Source: an uncultured Gammaproteobacteria bacterium
GTDB lineage: Bacteria > Patescibacteriota > Microgenomatia > Levybacterales > UBA12049
Assembly: GCA_964474445.1 (NCBI GenBank)
Contig: CAYYSJ010000001.1
Coordinates: 345,377 to 409,376, forward strand
Reading direction: 5' to 3'
Length of the DNA: 64,000 bases
Positions 1 through 8,532 of this stretch are shown in pieces (position 1 is the stretch's first letter; each line of letters starts with the position of its first letter). The notes below the pieces were generated by a model. That model saw nothing but the letters and a program-made list of their open reading frames with translations, had not been told where the DNA came from and did not search any database. A program made the position numbers and the translations under genes.

Positions 1-1161
1 AAGCCCACCGGTTGGCAACTTTAATTTGATTGATTCTTTTGTAGGTAACGATTTTTTCACTACTGCAGTTGATGTTGCAACAGATGTCTGAGGAAGGGTA
101 ATAAAACTTGAACCGGTTGGCAGATTCTCTGTAGGAGGGGGGGCTGCAACAATCACTTCACTATTTTTTGCTATTTTCTTCTGAAGCGTATCAGGGAGTT
201 TTGTTTCGGCAAGACCAACGACTTGACCTTGGTTGGTCGTAACAACATTGACAACACGAACAGTTGCTAAAAATCGTTTTGCTGTTGACCCACTAAATGC
301 AAACAGAAGAAGAATACTAATACCAAGGACAGGAATCAGTATTTTTTTCTGCTTGAGAAAAACAAGCGCGAGAACTGCACCAATAAGATAGGCAGTAAAT
401 GATATTCGTGACGCTGTAAAAATAAGAAGCATCAATCCTGTCACAAAAAGCAACGCAACGCCTACTCTTGCAACAACTTTCTTGACTGCAACAAAAATTC
501 CAAGGAGCAAAGGTAAAACAACAACTAAATATGCTGCTAAATCATAATGGCCTCCAAATGTTGAGGTAATTCGTGCATCTTTTGGTAAGCACAGAGGTAT
601 TCCTTTTGCAAATTCTTCGTTTCCCGTTTGGAAAGATGGAAAACAGAACGCGTGATTTACAAAAAAATTAGGAAAAAAGCTCCATAGATCAAGGTAGAAT
701 TTCTGTCCAAATCCATAGAGAATAACCCCTGTGAGCGTTGCACAAAGCGCAATAATGTAATCCCGAACATCTTTGACACTTCTGATTGTTGAGAACGCGG
801 CAAAGAATAAAATCATGTACTCAATACGTCTGAAGTATTGTAGTGCTGCAACGTGAGGGAAAAAATTCGCTAAATGAGGAGCAATAAAAGCAAGGGAGAA
901 AAGAAGCGAACACAATCCAACAACCCAATACATCCCGATCGGTGCTCCCACAGGCCATGCCAACTTTACCTTTCGTCTCAAAAGTTGCACAATCCAAATG
1001 AGCACAACAGCTGCAATTAGAAAGTCTTCAAGACGGATATAGACCCATGTTCTGATAATATGAACACTCGGAAGCTTCGGATATAAAGCCGTAAAAATAA
1101 GAGTCACGATAACGGACCACTTCAGTAGCGCATTATCGACAAGCATCAAGAGCTTTTTCAT
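1..1161 (-). CDS. O-antigen ligase/polymerase-like (Wzy_C/WaaL-type) membrane protein, runs off the left edge
   Basis: Not in the ORF track; translated by hand from ATG at 1161: MKKLLMLVDNALLKWSVIVTLIFTALYPKLP..YIRLEDFL..RITSTFGGHYDLAAYL..LIFTASRISF. Multi-TM, with ligase-like R-x-x-STF and T-x-SR motifs. Confidence 0.75.
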   Translation of the reverse strand, partial: MKKLLMLVDNALLKWSVIVTLIFTALYPKLPSVHIIRTWVYIRLEDFLIAAVVLIWIVQLLRRKVKLAWPVGAPIGMYWVVGLCSLLFSLAFIAPHLANFFPHVAALQYFRRIEYMILFFAAFSTIRSVKDVRDYIIALCATLTGVILYGFGQKFYLDLWSFFPNFFVNHAFCFPSFQTGNEEFAKGIPLCLPKDARITSTFGGHYDLAAYLVVVLPLLLGIFVAVKKVVARVGVALLFVTGLMLLIFTASRISFTAYLIGAVLALVFLKQKKILIPVLGISILLLFAFSGSTAKRFLATVRVVNVVTTNQGQVVGLAETKLPDTLQKKIAKNSEVIVAAPPPTENLPTGSSFITLPQTSVATSTAVVKKSLPTKESIKLKLPTGGL

Positions 1162-2011
1162 AGGTAACAACAAAATACTCTTTGTTGAAGAGCTTTCCAT
1201 ATAGTATCAAAAGAATGGCCTTTGTTTGAAGTAGCAATTTTACAAGCATGTATTCCCAGAAGGATCGATGCTTTTTATAAAAATACAAGAGGTTCTTATA
1301 AATATTCACGATCGCAAATGTTCGGTTACTACTCCCTTGGTCTTTATGCAGTATACCATCTGTGGGGAAAAAGTATGACGAGTAGCCTGCTTTTTTTGCC
1401 CGGTAGCAAAGCTCCATGTCTTCTGTATACATAAAAATGTTTTCATCAAAACCTCCTAATTTTTCAAATACATTCTTTCGTATCATCAAAAGGGCTCCTT
1501 TTACCCAATCAACTTTTGCAATATCTTTTGGGTTTTTATCAACTCCCCCAAAACGCTGCATTCCCAAAAGTAGCAGAAATAAAGGAAATACCGTATAGAA
1601 CTTTCCTGCTGATGGCTGGGGGGTGCCATCGACATTTTTCAATTCTCCCCCTAAAATGGAAATCTCCTGATGTTCCTGCATATAGGAAACCATATCTTTA
1701 ATTCCCATACCAGTGATTGTTGTATCGTTATTTAGAAACAGAAGGTACTCACCTTTTGCATGCTTTGTACCAAGATTATTTCCTGCTCCAAAGCCATTAT
1801 TCTGTGGATTTTGGATAAATGAAAACCCTTTGTATTGCTTCACTGCTTTTTGCAAGATTTTTGCTGAATCATCTTCCGAATGATTATCAACAATGATATA
1901 CTCCCATGCTTTCTGGTCAAAATATGTTTTATACGTACTATACAAACTCTCCATTGATGCAACAGTTAAGTCAGGCTTTCGGAAATTAAGGGAAATAATG
2001 GAAAGTTTCAT
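1133..2011 (-). CDS. GT2 glycosyltransferase (WbbL/rhamnosyltransferase-like)
   Basis: IIVDNHSED, NNGFGAGNN, FLNND, GGFDENIFMYTEDMELC; ATG start at 2011 (MKLSII) preferred to the TTG at 2038. Confidence 0.9.
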   Translation of the reverse strand: MKLSIISLNFRKPDLTVASMESLYSTYKTYFDQKAWEYIIVDNHSEDDSAKILQKAVKQYKGFSFIQNPQNNGFGAGNNLGTKHAKGEYLLFLNNDTTITGMGIKDMVSYMQEHQEISILGGELKNVDGTPQPSAGKFYTVFPLFLLLLGMQRFGGVDKNPKDIAKVDWVKGALLMIRKNVFEKLGGFDENIFMYTEDMELCYRAKKAGYSSYFFPTDGILHKDQGSSNRTFAIVNIYKNLLYFYKKHRSFWEYMLVKLLLQTKAILLILYGKLFNKEYFVVTYEKALDACR

Positions 2012-2012
2012 A

Positions 2013-2606
2013 TTATCTAAACAAGCGGGCACGGCCAAGATGGTAGGAGTAGGTAGTTACTTTCCGTTTGCTGATTTCTTTTGCAGGGACCCCTCCAACA
2101 ATAGAATTTTCTTCAACATCTTTTGTTACGACTGCTCCAGCTGCAACCACAGCACCTTTTTTAATATGGACTCCTGGCAAAATAATTGCCCGTGGACCAA
2201 TAAACACATAGTCATCAATGATAACTTCTCTTTCAATAGGCCTAAAATGTTCATCATTCACATCATGTTCTGCGTTATAGATCATGACTTCTGATGCTAT
2301 ATCCACATGATTGCCAATGTGCAAAAGTGACCTTCCATCAAGCACAGCATTTTCTCCAATAATCGTATCCTCTCCTATGCGAATATTTCGACTATCATAA
2401 AAGACTGCACCAGTATGGATCGTTGACCCTTTCCCAATTTTTACTCCTCCCAAACGATAAAAAAATCTGCGTACATGGTGAGAGGGGATGCATCCAACAT
2501 ACTTAAGCACCATCATTTCAAACTCTTGTTCAATGGCATCAATCCTTCGCACAACTTTTGTGAAAAACTCTGAAAATGTTAACGTCTTTCCTGTTCTATC
2601 TTTCAT
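2013..2606 (-). CDS. Hexapeptide-repeat (LbH) sugar O-acyltransferase
   Basis: IGKGSTI/IGEDTII/IGNHVDI repeats; VFIGPRAIILPGV..GAVVAAGAVVTKDV..VGGVPAK. Confidence 0.9.
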   Translation of the reverse strand: MKDRTGKTLTFSEFFTKVVRRIDAIEQEFEMMVLKYVGCIPSHHVRRFFYRLGGVKIGKGSTIHTGAVFYDSRNIRIGEDTIIGENAVLDGRSLLHIGNHVDIASEVMIYNAEHDVNDEHFRPIEREVIIDDYVFIGPRAIILPGVHIKKGAVVAAGAVVTKDVEENSIVGGVPAKEISKRKVTTYSYHLGRARLFR

Positions 2607-2618
2607 ATCGAATGTAAA

Positions 2619-3746
2619 CTATTTCTTACTGCTTGCAAGTTCTTGCAAAATACCTAGAGTTTCCCTTGCTGCTTTCTCCCAAGAAAATTTTCTTATATGA
2701 TTGTATCCTTTTTTTACCATTTCTTCACGAAGAGAAGGACTACTCATCACTTTCTCCATTTTTTCAGCAATATCTTCAACACTCATCGGATCAACGTATA
2801 AGGCAGCATCCCCTCCTGCTTCTGGAAGACTACTCACATTACTCGTTATCACAGGACAACCATATTTCATGGCCTCAACAACCGGCAACCCAAATCCTTC
2901 ATATAAACTGGGCAACACATAACAAAGCGCATGCTTGTACAATGATGGTAAATCTTCATCACTGACAAAGTCTAAGAATTTTACAGAAGACTCCACCCCA
3001 AATTTTTTTGGAGCCTCAAGAATTGGTTCATATAACCACCCTTTTTTTCCTACAACAACAAGTTGCAGGTCTTTTTCTTTTCCACCTTTCTCTTTTACTT
3101 TCGAAAAAGCCTCAATAAGTCTTTCAATATTTTTCCTTGGCTGCAGTGTTCCAACAAAAAGAATGTAGTTTTCTTTTATTCCAAATGTTTCTTCCAATTC
3201 CTTTTGACTGAGTAGATGATCCATCATACTTTGCTTTATTCCAGGATACGTTACAACGATTTTTTTATCGGTAACCTGATACTCTTTGATTATATCATCA
3301 GCGGATGCCTTGCTAATAGTAAAAATGACTGAAGCATTTTTTACCGAGTACGCAGACCAATTGGTAAGTTGGTACAAATCTTTTTTGGCAAAAAGTTCTG
3401 GGAAATGAAGGTATGACAAATCCATGATAGAAATTGCCGTTGGTACTGGAGAAAATCTGGGGGCATAATGCGTTGGAGTAAAGAAAACATCCGGCCGTGG
3501 GAAGTGGGTAAAAAGGTAGAAAGGAAGTCCAATTTGCGTCCATAATTTCTTCGGTTTCACTATGACATACTTCCACCCTTCCCGCTCTTTTGGCATTTCA
3601 GGTCTGGGCAGTTCCTTTAAATAGATGTGAAATGTCACATGTGAAAGGTGAAATGCTTCAAACTTTTTTAACAGTTCGAAAGCATATTCTCCAATGCCTA
3701 CTTTTCTTTCAACATTTGCCTCATTTCCATCAATGCCAATAATCAT
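2619..3746 (-). CDS. GT4 glycosyltransferase (mannosyltransferase-like)
   Basis: IGIDG, VGTLQPRKN, PSLYEGFGLPVVEAM (EX7E), FSWEKAA. Confidence 0.92.
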   Translation of the reverse strand: MIIGIDGNEANVERKVGIGEYAFELLKKFEAFHLSHVTFHIYLKELPRPEMPKEREGWKYVIVKPKKLWTQIGLPFYLFTHFPRPDVFFTPTHYAPRFSPVPTAISIMDLSYLHFPELFAKKDLYQLTNWSAYSVKNASVIFTISKASADDIIKEYQVTDKKIVVTYPGIKQSMMDHLLSQKELEETFGIKENYILFVGTLQPRKNIERLIEAFSKVKEKGGKEKDLQLVVVGKKGWLYEPILEAPKKFGVESSVKFLDFVSDEDLPSLYKHALCYVLPSLYEGFGLPVVEAMKYGCPVITSNVSSLPEAGGDAALYVDPMSVEDIAEKMEKVMSSPSLREEMVKKGYNHIRKFSWEKAARETLGILQELASSKK

Positions 3747-3751
3747 AATAC

Positions 3752-4291
3752 TTACACTCCTGGATACACGACTTCTAATCTCTTTTCATCAATCCCCAGT
3801 ATTTCTTTTGCATCCTGTCTTGTTGCTTCTGAGATACAGAGGATTTTATCTACTTCTTTTTTCACCCACTGCAGACGTCGTTTGTGCACTGCGACAATTT
3901 TCTTTGCTGTTTCTTCGGGGTATTTGTACACAATCAAATCATAGAGAATGGTTACTTTTTTTGCTTTACTTGGAGGCTGCACCCAATCTGAAGAGACAAA
4001 GACATCGACATCACCTATCAACCACTCTATTGGCAAGACATGCAACTTATTCCAAAGAAAATCCAAAAAGGTCGGAGGGAATCTAAATGTTTTTATTTGA
4101 ATACGTGCATCAGCAGCAGTATGTAAAAATTGAAAATGAGAAATAGGAAGTTTTTTCCTTAGACTTGCATAGAACAAAACATAGGAATTGTCCTTATCTT
4201 CTTTCACTAAGGTTTCCACTAATTTACCCAAAAATGCGGCTACTCCAGTTTTCTCAAAAGCAAGCTGTGAAATATCAATGCCGATTCTCAT
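3752..4291 (-). CDS. Stand-alone GT4 N-terminal (acceptor-binding) domain
   Basis: MRIGIDIS..TGVA..TILYDL..ISEATRQD..VVYPGV then stop; no EX7E C-terminal domain. Confidence 0.75.
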   Translation of the reverse strand: MRIGIDISQLAFEKTGVAAFLGKLVETLVKEDKDNSYVLFYASLRKKLPISHFQFLHTAADARIQIKTFRFPPTFLDFLWNKLHVLPIEWLIGDVDVFVSSDWVQPPSKAKKVTILYDLIVYKYPEETAKKIVAVHKRRLQWVKKEVDKILCISEATRQDAKEILGIDEKRLEVVYPGV

Positions 4292-4502
4292 TCTTTACCC
4301 TCCACAATAATAATAGCGTACTCATTAGGAAAAATCCTGCTGCATACCAGACTAAGTGCTGGGCAGTAAAAAAGACCCAGAAGGCAAAAAGAGGTATTGA
4401 GAGAAGGATACAAAGAAGCCCTGCAATCGTAAAGTACGTTGGATTGTGCTTGTATAATAATCCGGCAAATACAAGAAGAAAAAGAATGTCTTGAAATTTC
4501 AT
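4275..4502 (-). CDS. Small 3-TM membrane protein, unknown function
   Basis: 75 aa, almost entirely hydrophobic, fills the operon gap and overlaps the next gene. Confidence 0.7.
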   Translation of the reverse strand: MKFQDILFLLVFAGLLYKHNPTYFTIAGLLCILLSIPLFAFWVFFTAQHLVWYAAGFFLMSTLLLLWRVKNENRH

Positions 4503-4508
4503 AGAAGG

Positions 4509-5477
4509 TTATTGAATTGTTACATTTTCAGGCTGTTTTTTATCACTCCGATACTTTAAATGGAAATGCATCCTTTCCTCAATAGAACGTGGAGTGTGAG
4601 AAATATTGATAATCAAATCAGCCAAAAACCCAGTAATCAGTACCTGAAGCCCTGCTAGTAACAGCAAAATTCCTAAGAAAAAAAGAGGTCTTGTACCGAT
4701 AGAATGACCACTAAAATGTACCCCTGTTAAGTACAGGAGCACCAAAATACCAAGAGAAAAAAGTATTCCTCCTACCATGCCAAAAAAATGCAGTGGCCTC
4801 TTACTATACTTGGTAATAAAAAGCATAGTCATAATATCAGGCAAATCTTTCCACAGTTTAGAGAACCCATACTTTGATGTGCCATAAAGCCTTTTACTAT
4901 GTTCAACAGCAACCTCAGTTACCGTAAAACCTTGACCATAGGTAAGAAGTGGAATAAACCGGTGCATGCCACCATAAAGCCTTAAGCTTTTTGCCGCATC
5001 AGCAGTGTAAACCTTTAAGCCACAATTATAATCATGTAGATCAAGCCCCCAGAAGAATTTTGCTAACAGATTAAAAAGCTTTGAAGAAAGTACCTTTTTC
5101 AACGGATCTTTTCTGTCTTTTCTCCACCCGGAAACCAATTCATATCCTTCTTGTGCTTTTCTATGTAATTTCTCAATTTCCTCTGGCAAATCCTGTAAAT
5201 CAGCATCCAACGTTACAATATAGTCTCCTTTTGCCATCTGAAATCCAAGCGTCAAGCCTTCAGACTTTCCCTGGTTTTTACGGAAAGAGTAAATTTTTAC
5301 ATGCTTATCTTTTTTCTCAAACTGTTGCAAAAGAGAAAGTGTGTGGTCTGTTGACCCATCGTCAATAAAAATAATTTCATAAGCTTCTTTTAACTTTTCT
5401 GCAACTTTGGTGAGACGGGTATAAAAAGTAGGCAAACTCTCTTCTTCATTATAAGCTGGAATAACAAAACTAATCAT
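4509..5477 (-). CDS. GT2 polyprenol-phosphate sugar synthase (GtrB/ArnC-like) with 2 C-terminal TMs
   Basis: VIPAYNEE, IDDGSTD, TLDADLQD, DYNCGLK, GMHRFIP, R-x-x-GTSKYG, two TM helices. Confidence 0.9.
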   Translation of the reverse strand: MISFVIPAYNEEESLPTFYTRLTKVAEKLKEAYEIIFIDDGSTDHTLSLLQQFEKKDKHVKIYSFRKNQGKSEGLTLGFQMAKGDYIVTLDADLQDLPEEIEKLHRKAQEGYELVSGWRKDRKDPLKKVLSSKLFNLLAKFFWGLDLHDYNCGLKVYTADAAKSLRLYGGMHRFIPLLTYGQGFTVTEVAVEHSKRLYGTSKYGFSKLWKDLPDIMTMLFITKYSKRPLHFFGMVGGILFSLGILVLLYLTGVHFSGHSIGTRPLFFLGILLLLAGLQVLITGFLADLIINISHTPRSIEERMHFHLKYRSDKKQPENVTIQ

Positions 5478-5541
5478 ACGTTTAACTTACACAAGCATTC
5501 TTAATTCTTAAATAAATCTTGAATCGTATATGTTCTCTTCT

Positions 5542-5570
5542 ATTCTACCATTTTTGTACCTTGAAACCAA
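5542..5570 (-). promoter_or_regulatory. Putative sigma70 promoter for the left operon
   Basis: Minus strand TTGGTT-N17-TAGAAT with extended -10 (TGgTAGAAT) in the 120-bp gap upstream of 5477. Confidence 0.4.
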
Positions 5571-5597
5571 ACACGAGGAGATTTCTTTCGTTACTTG

Positions 5598-7550
5598 CTA
5601 TAAACCGCTAATTGAAGTAATTGTTGCAGATGTGGAGCCACTATTTGTATTTACACCAACCCAAACAGCAACTCTTGTGTTAGCATTAATACCACTTACT
5701 ACACCATTTTTAAGATCTGAAAAACTATGGTTTTTTCCATCAGAAATAAGATAAAACAGAGAGGATCCAGTAACAACGTCTGTTCCGCTCTGAGAAGTTG
5801 GACCTAGACCATAGGTATCGCCATTTAATCCTGTCATAACGCCATTTGAATTCCATGCAAAAAATTCATTATCATTGTTTACGTCAAACCATAAGTTTAG
5901 TCCAAAGGGACTACCGCTACCATTTACTGTAAAGTTAGGCAAGTTGCCCAACGCTCCTTTATATAAGACAAATCCTGAATCAGCATAGCCAATGGCATTG
6001 TTAACACTAACAGTGACACTCCCATTACTATTTTTTGTTTGTGTAGCAACTCCTGATGAAAAAGGGCTGGTAGACCTAATAAAGTTCGTCCCATCATTAA
6101 TTGTGTAGTAGGTAATTTTATTCTGCAAAAGACTTTGAAAAGGGTAATACGCTGCTAATCCTGACTCTGTACCAATTAATTCTTGATTATAATTAGTACT
6201 AATTTGTGTTCCTGTTCTCACAACATTCCATATTCGTATATCATCCATTTTTGCATCAATAAATCTCATTACTTGGTGGTTAAAATAGAGAGCACCAATA
6301 AGCGGATGTTGCACACTTTCATAGGATAAGGTAATTGGAGCGGTAATCATACCATCAGACGAGCCATCACGGTAGAATTTAACGATTGTCCCATCAAAAG
6401 TAACAGCATAGTGATGCCATGAGCCAGTGGTAGGTGATGTGGTAGCTGCTACATTAATACTGGAACTGGAAGTTTGCACATAAAAACGCATCTTTCCATT
6501 ATCTCCATCATAGAAGACCTCCCACCCTAATCCATTCGTATCACCTAAATTACTTACAAGTGCTGGGTAATTACCAGGCCCAGGCAAACTATTAAACTTA
6601 GCCCAAAATTCAACGGTAATATTTGGCGACGGCTTCCATGCAGAATTGTCTGTTGTATTTAAATATTGGGAAGAAGCGCCTGACAAATTTACAGCTTCTG
6701 ATAAGCCAGTAAAAGGAAAGTCCGTTGTCCACTCTGTTGCTCCATGATTTGTAAGATTATTTCCATTAGTTGATTTATCCCCTAAATCCCACTTGGGTTG
6801 AGGTAAATTTTCAAAAGGATAATATGCTGCTAACCCGTCTTCGGTTCCTGTTAATTCTACACTTTTACTATCATTAATTTGTGCTCCTGTTCTCACAACA
6901 TTCCATATTCGCACATCATCAATCTTTGCATCAATAAATCGAGTTACAGTACCTCCAAAATAAATTGCACCAATAAGTGGGTTTTGCCCGCTTTCATAGG
7001 CCATTGTAATTGGAGCATTAACACTCCCATCAGCAGAACCATCTAGATAGAATTTCACGGTTGTTCCATCAAAAGTAACTGCATAATGATGCCAAACTCC
7101 TGTAGTAACTGTGGTATTTGCGGCAACGTTTATACTAGATCCTAATCGCTGCACATAAAAATGAATCTTTCCATCATCCCCACTATAAAAGTAATCCCAA
7201 CCCAAGCCATTCATTCCACTCAAATTGCTTACTAAAACAGGATAATTACCCGATCCTGGAAGACTGTTAAACTTCGCCCAGAGTTCAATAGTAATATTTG
7301 GTGTTGGTTTCCAGGCAGAGTTATCAGAAACACTTATGTACTGAGACGAAACTGCAGATAAATTAACAGCTTCTGATGAAGTGACAAAAGGAGTATCAGT
7401 TGTGACTTCTGTTGCACCATGATTTGTGAGGTTGTTTCCATTAGGCGATTTATCGCCTAAATCAAACGAAGCAAATACATGAGTCGTGGAGATAGATATA
7501 AAAAGGAAGAGAAAAATAAACGAGGAAAAAATCTGAATAAATTTTTTCAT
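5598..7550 (-). CDS. Secreted protein with two tandem LamG/concanavalin-like domains and an unknown C-terminal beta-rich domain
   Basis: Signal peptide (MKK + hydrophobic + VFA); twice ITxExWAK..WHHYAVTFDG..FYxDG..IG..DDxRIWN..GLAAYYPF. Confidence 0.88.
   Translation of the reverse strand: MKKFIQIFSSFIFLFLFISISTTHVFASFDLGDKSPNGNNLTNHGATEVTTDTPFVTSSEAVNLSAVSSQYISVSDNSAWKPTPNITIELWAKFNSLPGSGNYPVLVSNLSGMNGLGWDYFYSGDDGKIHFYVQRLGSSINVAANTTVTTGVWHHYAVTFDGTTVKFYLDGSADGSVNAPITMAYESGQNPLIGAIYFGGTVTRFIDAKIDDVRIWNVVRTGAQINDSKSVELTGTEDGLAAYYPFENLPQPKWDLGDKSTNGNNLTNHGATEWTTDFPFTGLSEAVNLSGASSQYLNTTDNSAWKPSPNITVEFWAKFNSLPGPGNYPALVSNLGDTNGLGWEVFYDGDNGKMRFYVQTSSSSINVAATTSPTTGSWHHYAVTFDGTIVKFYRDGSSDGMITAPITLSYESVQHPLIGALYFNHQVMRFIDAKMDDIRIWNVVRTGTQISTNYNQELIGTESGLAAYYPFQSLLQNKITYYTINDGTNFIRSTSPFSSGVATQTKNSNGSVTVSVNNAIGYADSGFVLYKGALGNLPNFTVNGSGSPFGLNLWFDVNNDNEFFAWNSNGVMTGLNGDTYGLGPTSQSGTDVVTGSSLFYLISDGKNHSFSDLKNGVVSGINANTRVAVWVGVNTNSGSTSATITSISGL
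6138..7466 (-). repeat. Intragenic tandem duplication, period 675 bp (225 aa)
   Basis: Units 6813-7466 and 6138-6791 are offset by exactly 675 bp at both ends; 27-bp identical stretch at 6210-6236 and 6885-6911. Confidence 0.9.
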
Positions 7551-7570
7551 GGAAAGCTTATCTTAATTTA

Positions 7571-7598
7571 AGCATAACAGTAAGAATTATCTTGTCAA
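7571..7598 (-). promoter_or_regulatory. Sigma70 promoter of the LamG gene
   Basis: TTGACA-N16-TATGCT with TG extension, 20 nt upstream of ATG 7550. Confidence 0.65.
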
Positions 7599-7701
7599 GG
7601 AGTATTTTTACTTCAGACAAGATATAACCAAAGACACATGACAGAAATTAAAGAGCTCTACTAGTCAAAAGACTGAAATAGAAGATGAAGCTAACATCAT
7701 A

Positions 7702-8532
7702 TTATTTTTTCCGCATAAATAGTACTGCTAGTGTAAAAACAAGAATTACTAAACTTATCCCACTCACCCATACCCCTTTATCCACCCACTCTTGTGGCTG
7801 ATAATAGACACGAAGAGTATATGATCCATTTTGGGGTAAAACAAAACTATTTAATGATTTTTCAAAAGGTTGGGAAGTAATGAGTATTTTGCCTAGAGAA
7901 GCTTTCCACCCACTATCAAAACTCTCCGCAAAAACTATTCTATCGCCTTTTTGTACATTTTTTACGCTCACGTTATATCTTGTTGGATTAATAAATTTGT
8001 AAGAAAGAGTTAGTTGGCCTTCCATCCAGAAACGACCTTTTGGATTACTTACTTCAAAAACGTGAATTCTCCCAAACCCTGGAATCTCATGTAGCCAGGA
8101 AATTTGTCTTACTGCATCAAGTGTTTTCTGATATGTAAACTCATCATACTTTCTATCTTTCAGGAAAAGTTCTCCTTCACTATCAAAAGGGATTATGACA
8201 TACTTTACACTTCTCTCTTGAAGTAGCTTTTCAGCGCCATCTTTTTCTAGGTTATCCAAAACTCCTGAAATGCTTGAGACATGATAATAGTCCTGTGCTG
8301 GAATAGCAGGATTGTTACTGGTAAAAAAACTAAACCTCTGGAAATTAGGTATCCAAAGACTTCGAGAAAATGAATCATGAGATGAAAGATATCTTTCTAA
8401 TTTTTTATAATCATTTGGTATAGTATGGGGCTTGAAAGTACCTCCCAATTTTCCCATTAAAGCAAAGCGTACAGGCCACAAAAGTAGTATTACAATGCTA
8501 AAAATAAAAATAAAATTAAGTATTTTTTTCAT
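7702..8532 (-). CDS. C-terminal part (extracytoplasmic domain plus anchors) of a split YfhO/AftD-like GT-C protein
   Basis: N-terminal TM, VKYVII, NPTRY, ESFDSGWKA, YQPQ..GVWVS plus terminal TM; matches the C-terminal architecture of 19345-21651. Confidence 0.7.
   Translation of the reverse strand: MKKILNFIFIFSIVILLLWPVRFALMGKLGGTFKPHTIPNDYKKLERYLSSHDSFSRSLWIPNFQRFSFFTSNNPAIPAQDYYHVSSISGVLDNLEKDGAEKLLQERSVKYVIIPFDSEGELFLKDRKYDEFTYQKTLDAVRQISWLHEIPGFGRIHVFEVSNPKGRFWMEGQLTLSYKFINPTRYNVSVKNVQKGDRIVFAESFDSGWKASLGKILITSQPFEKSLNSFVLPQNGSYTLRVYYQPQEWVDKGVWVSGISLVILVFTLAVLFMRKK

Noticed and set aside
8-123. Repeated ACCGGTTGGCA (LPTG twice) as a DNA repeat or sortase motif
   Set aside because: Only two short copies within coding sequence; not LPxTG followed by TM and basic tail.
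137-143. G7 tract, and A/T runs of 8-9 nt elsewhere (e.g. 12925-12933), as contingency loci
   Set aside because: Short, in intact frames, and expected in AT-rich Lys/Phe-rich genes.
6138-7466. LamG duplication as a DGR template/variable repeat pair
   Set aside because: Both copies are in-frame coding domains, differences are not confined to adenines, and no reverse transcriptase is present.
5598-7550. About 14 N-x-S/T sequons as evidence of N-glycosylation
   Set aside because: Roughly what the high Asn/Ser/Thr content predicts, and no STT3/PglB-like gene is seen in the window.
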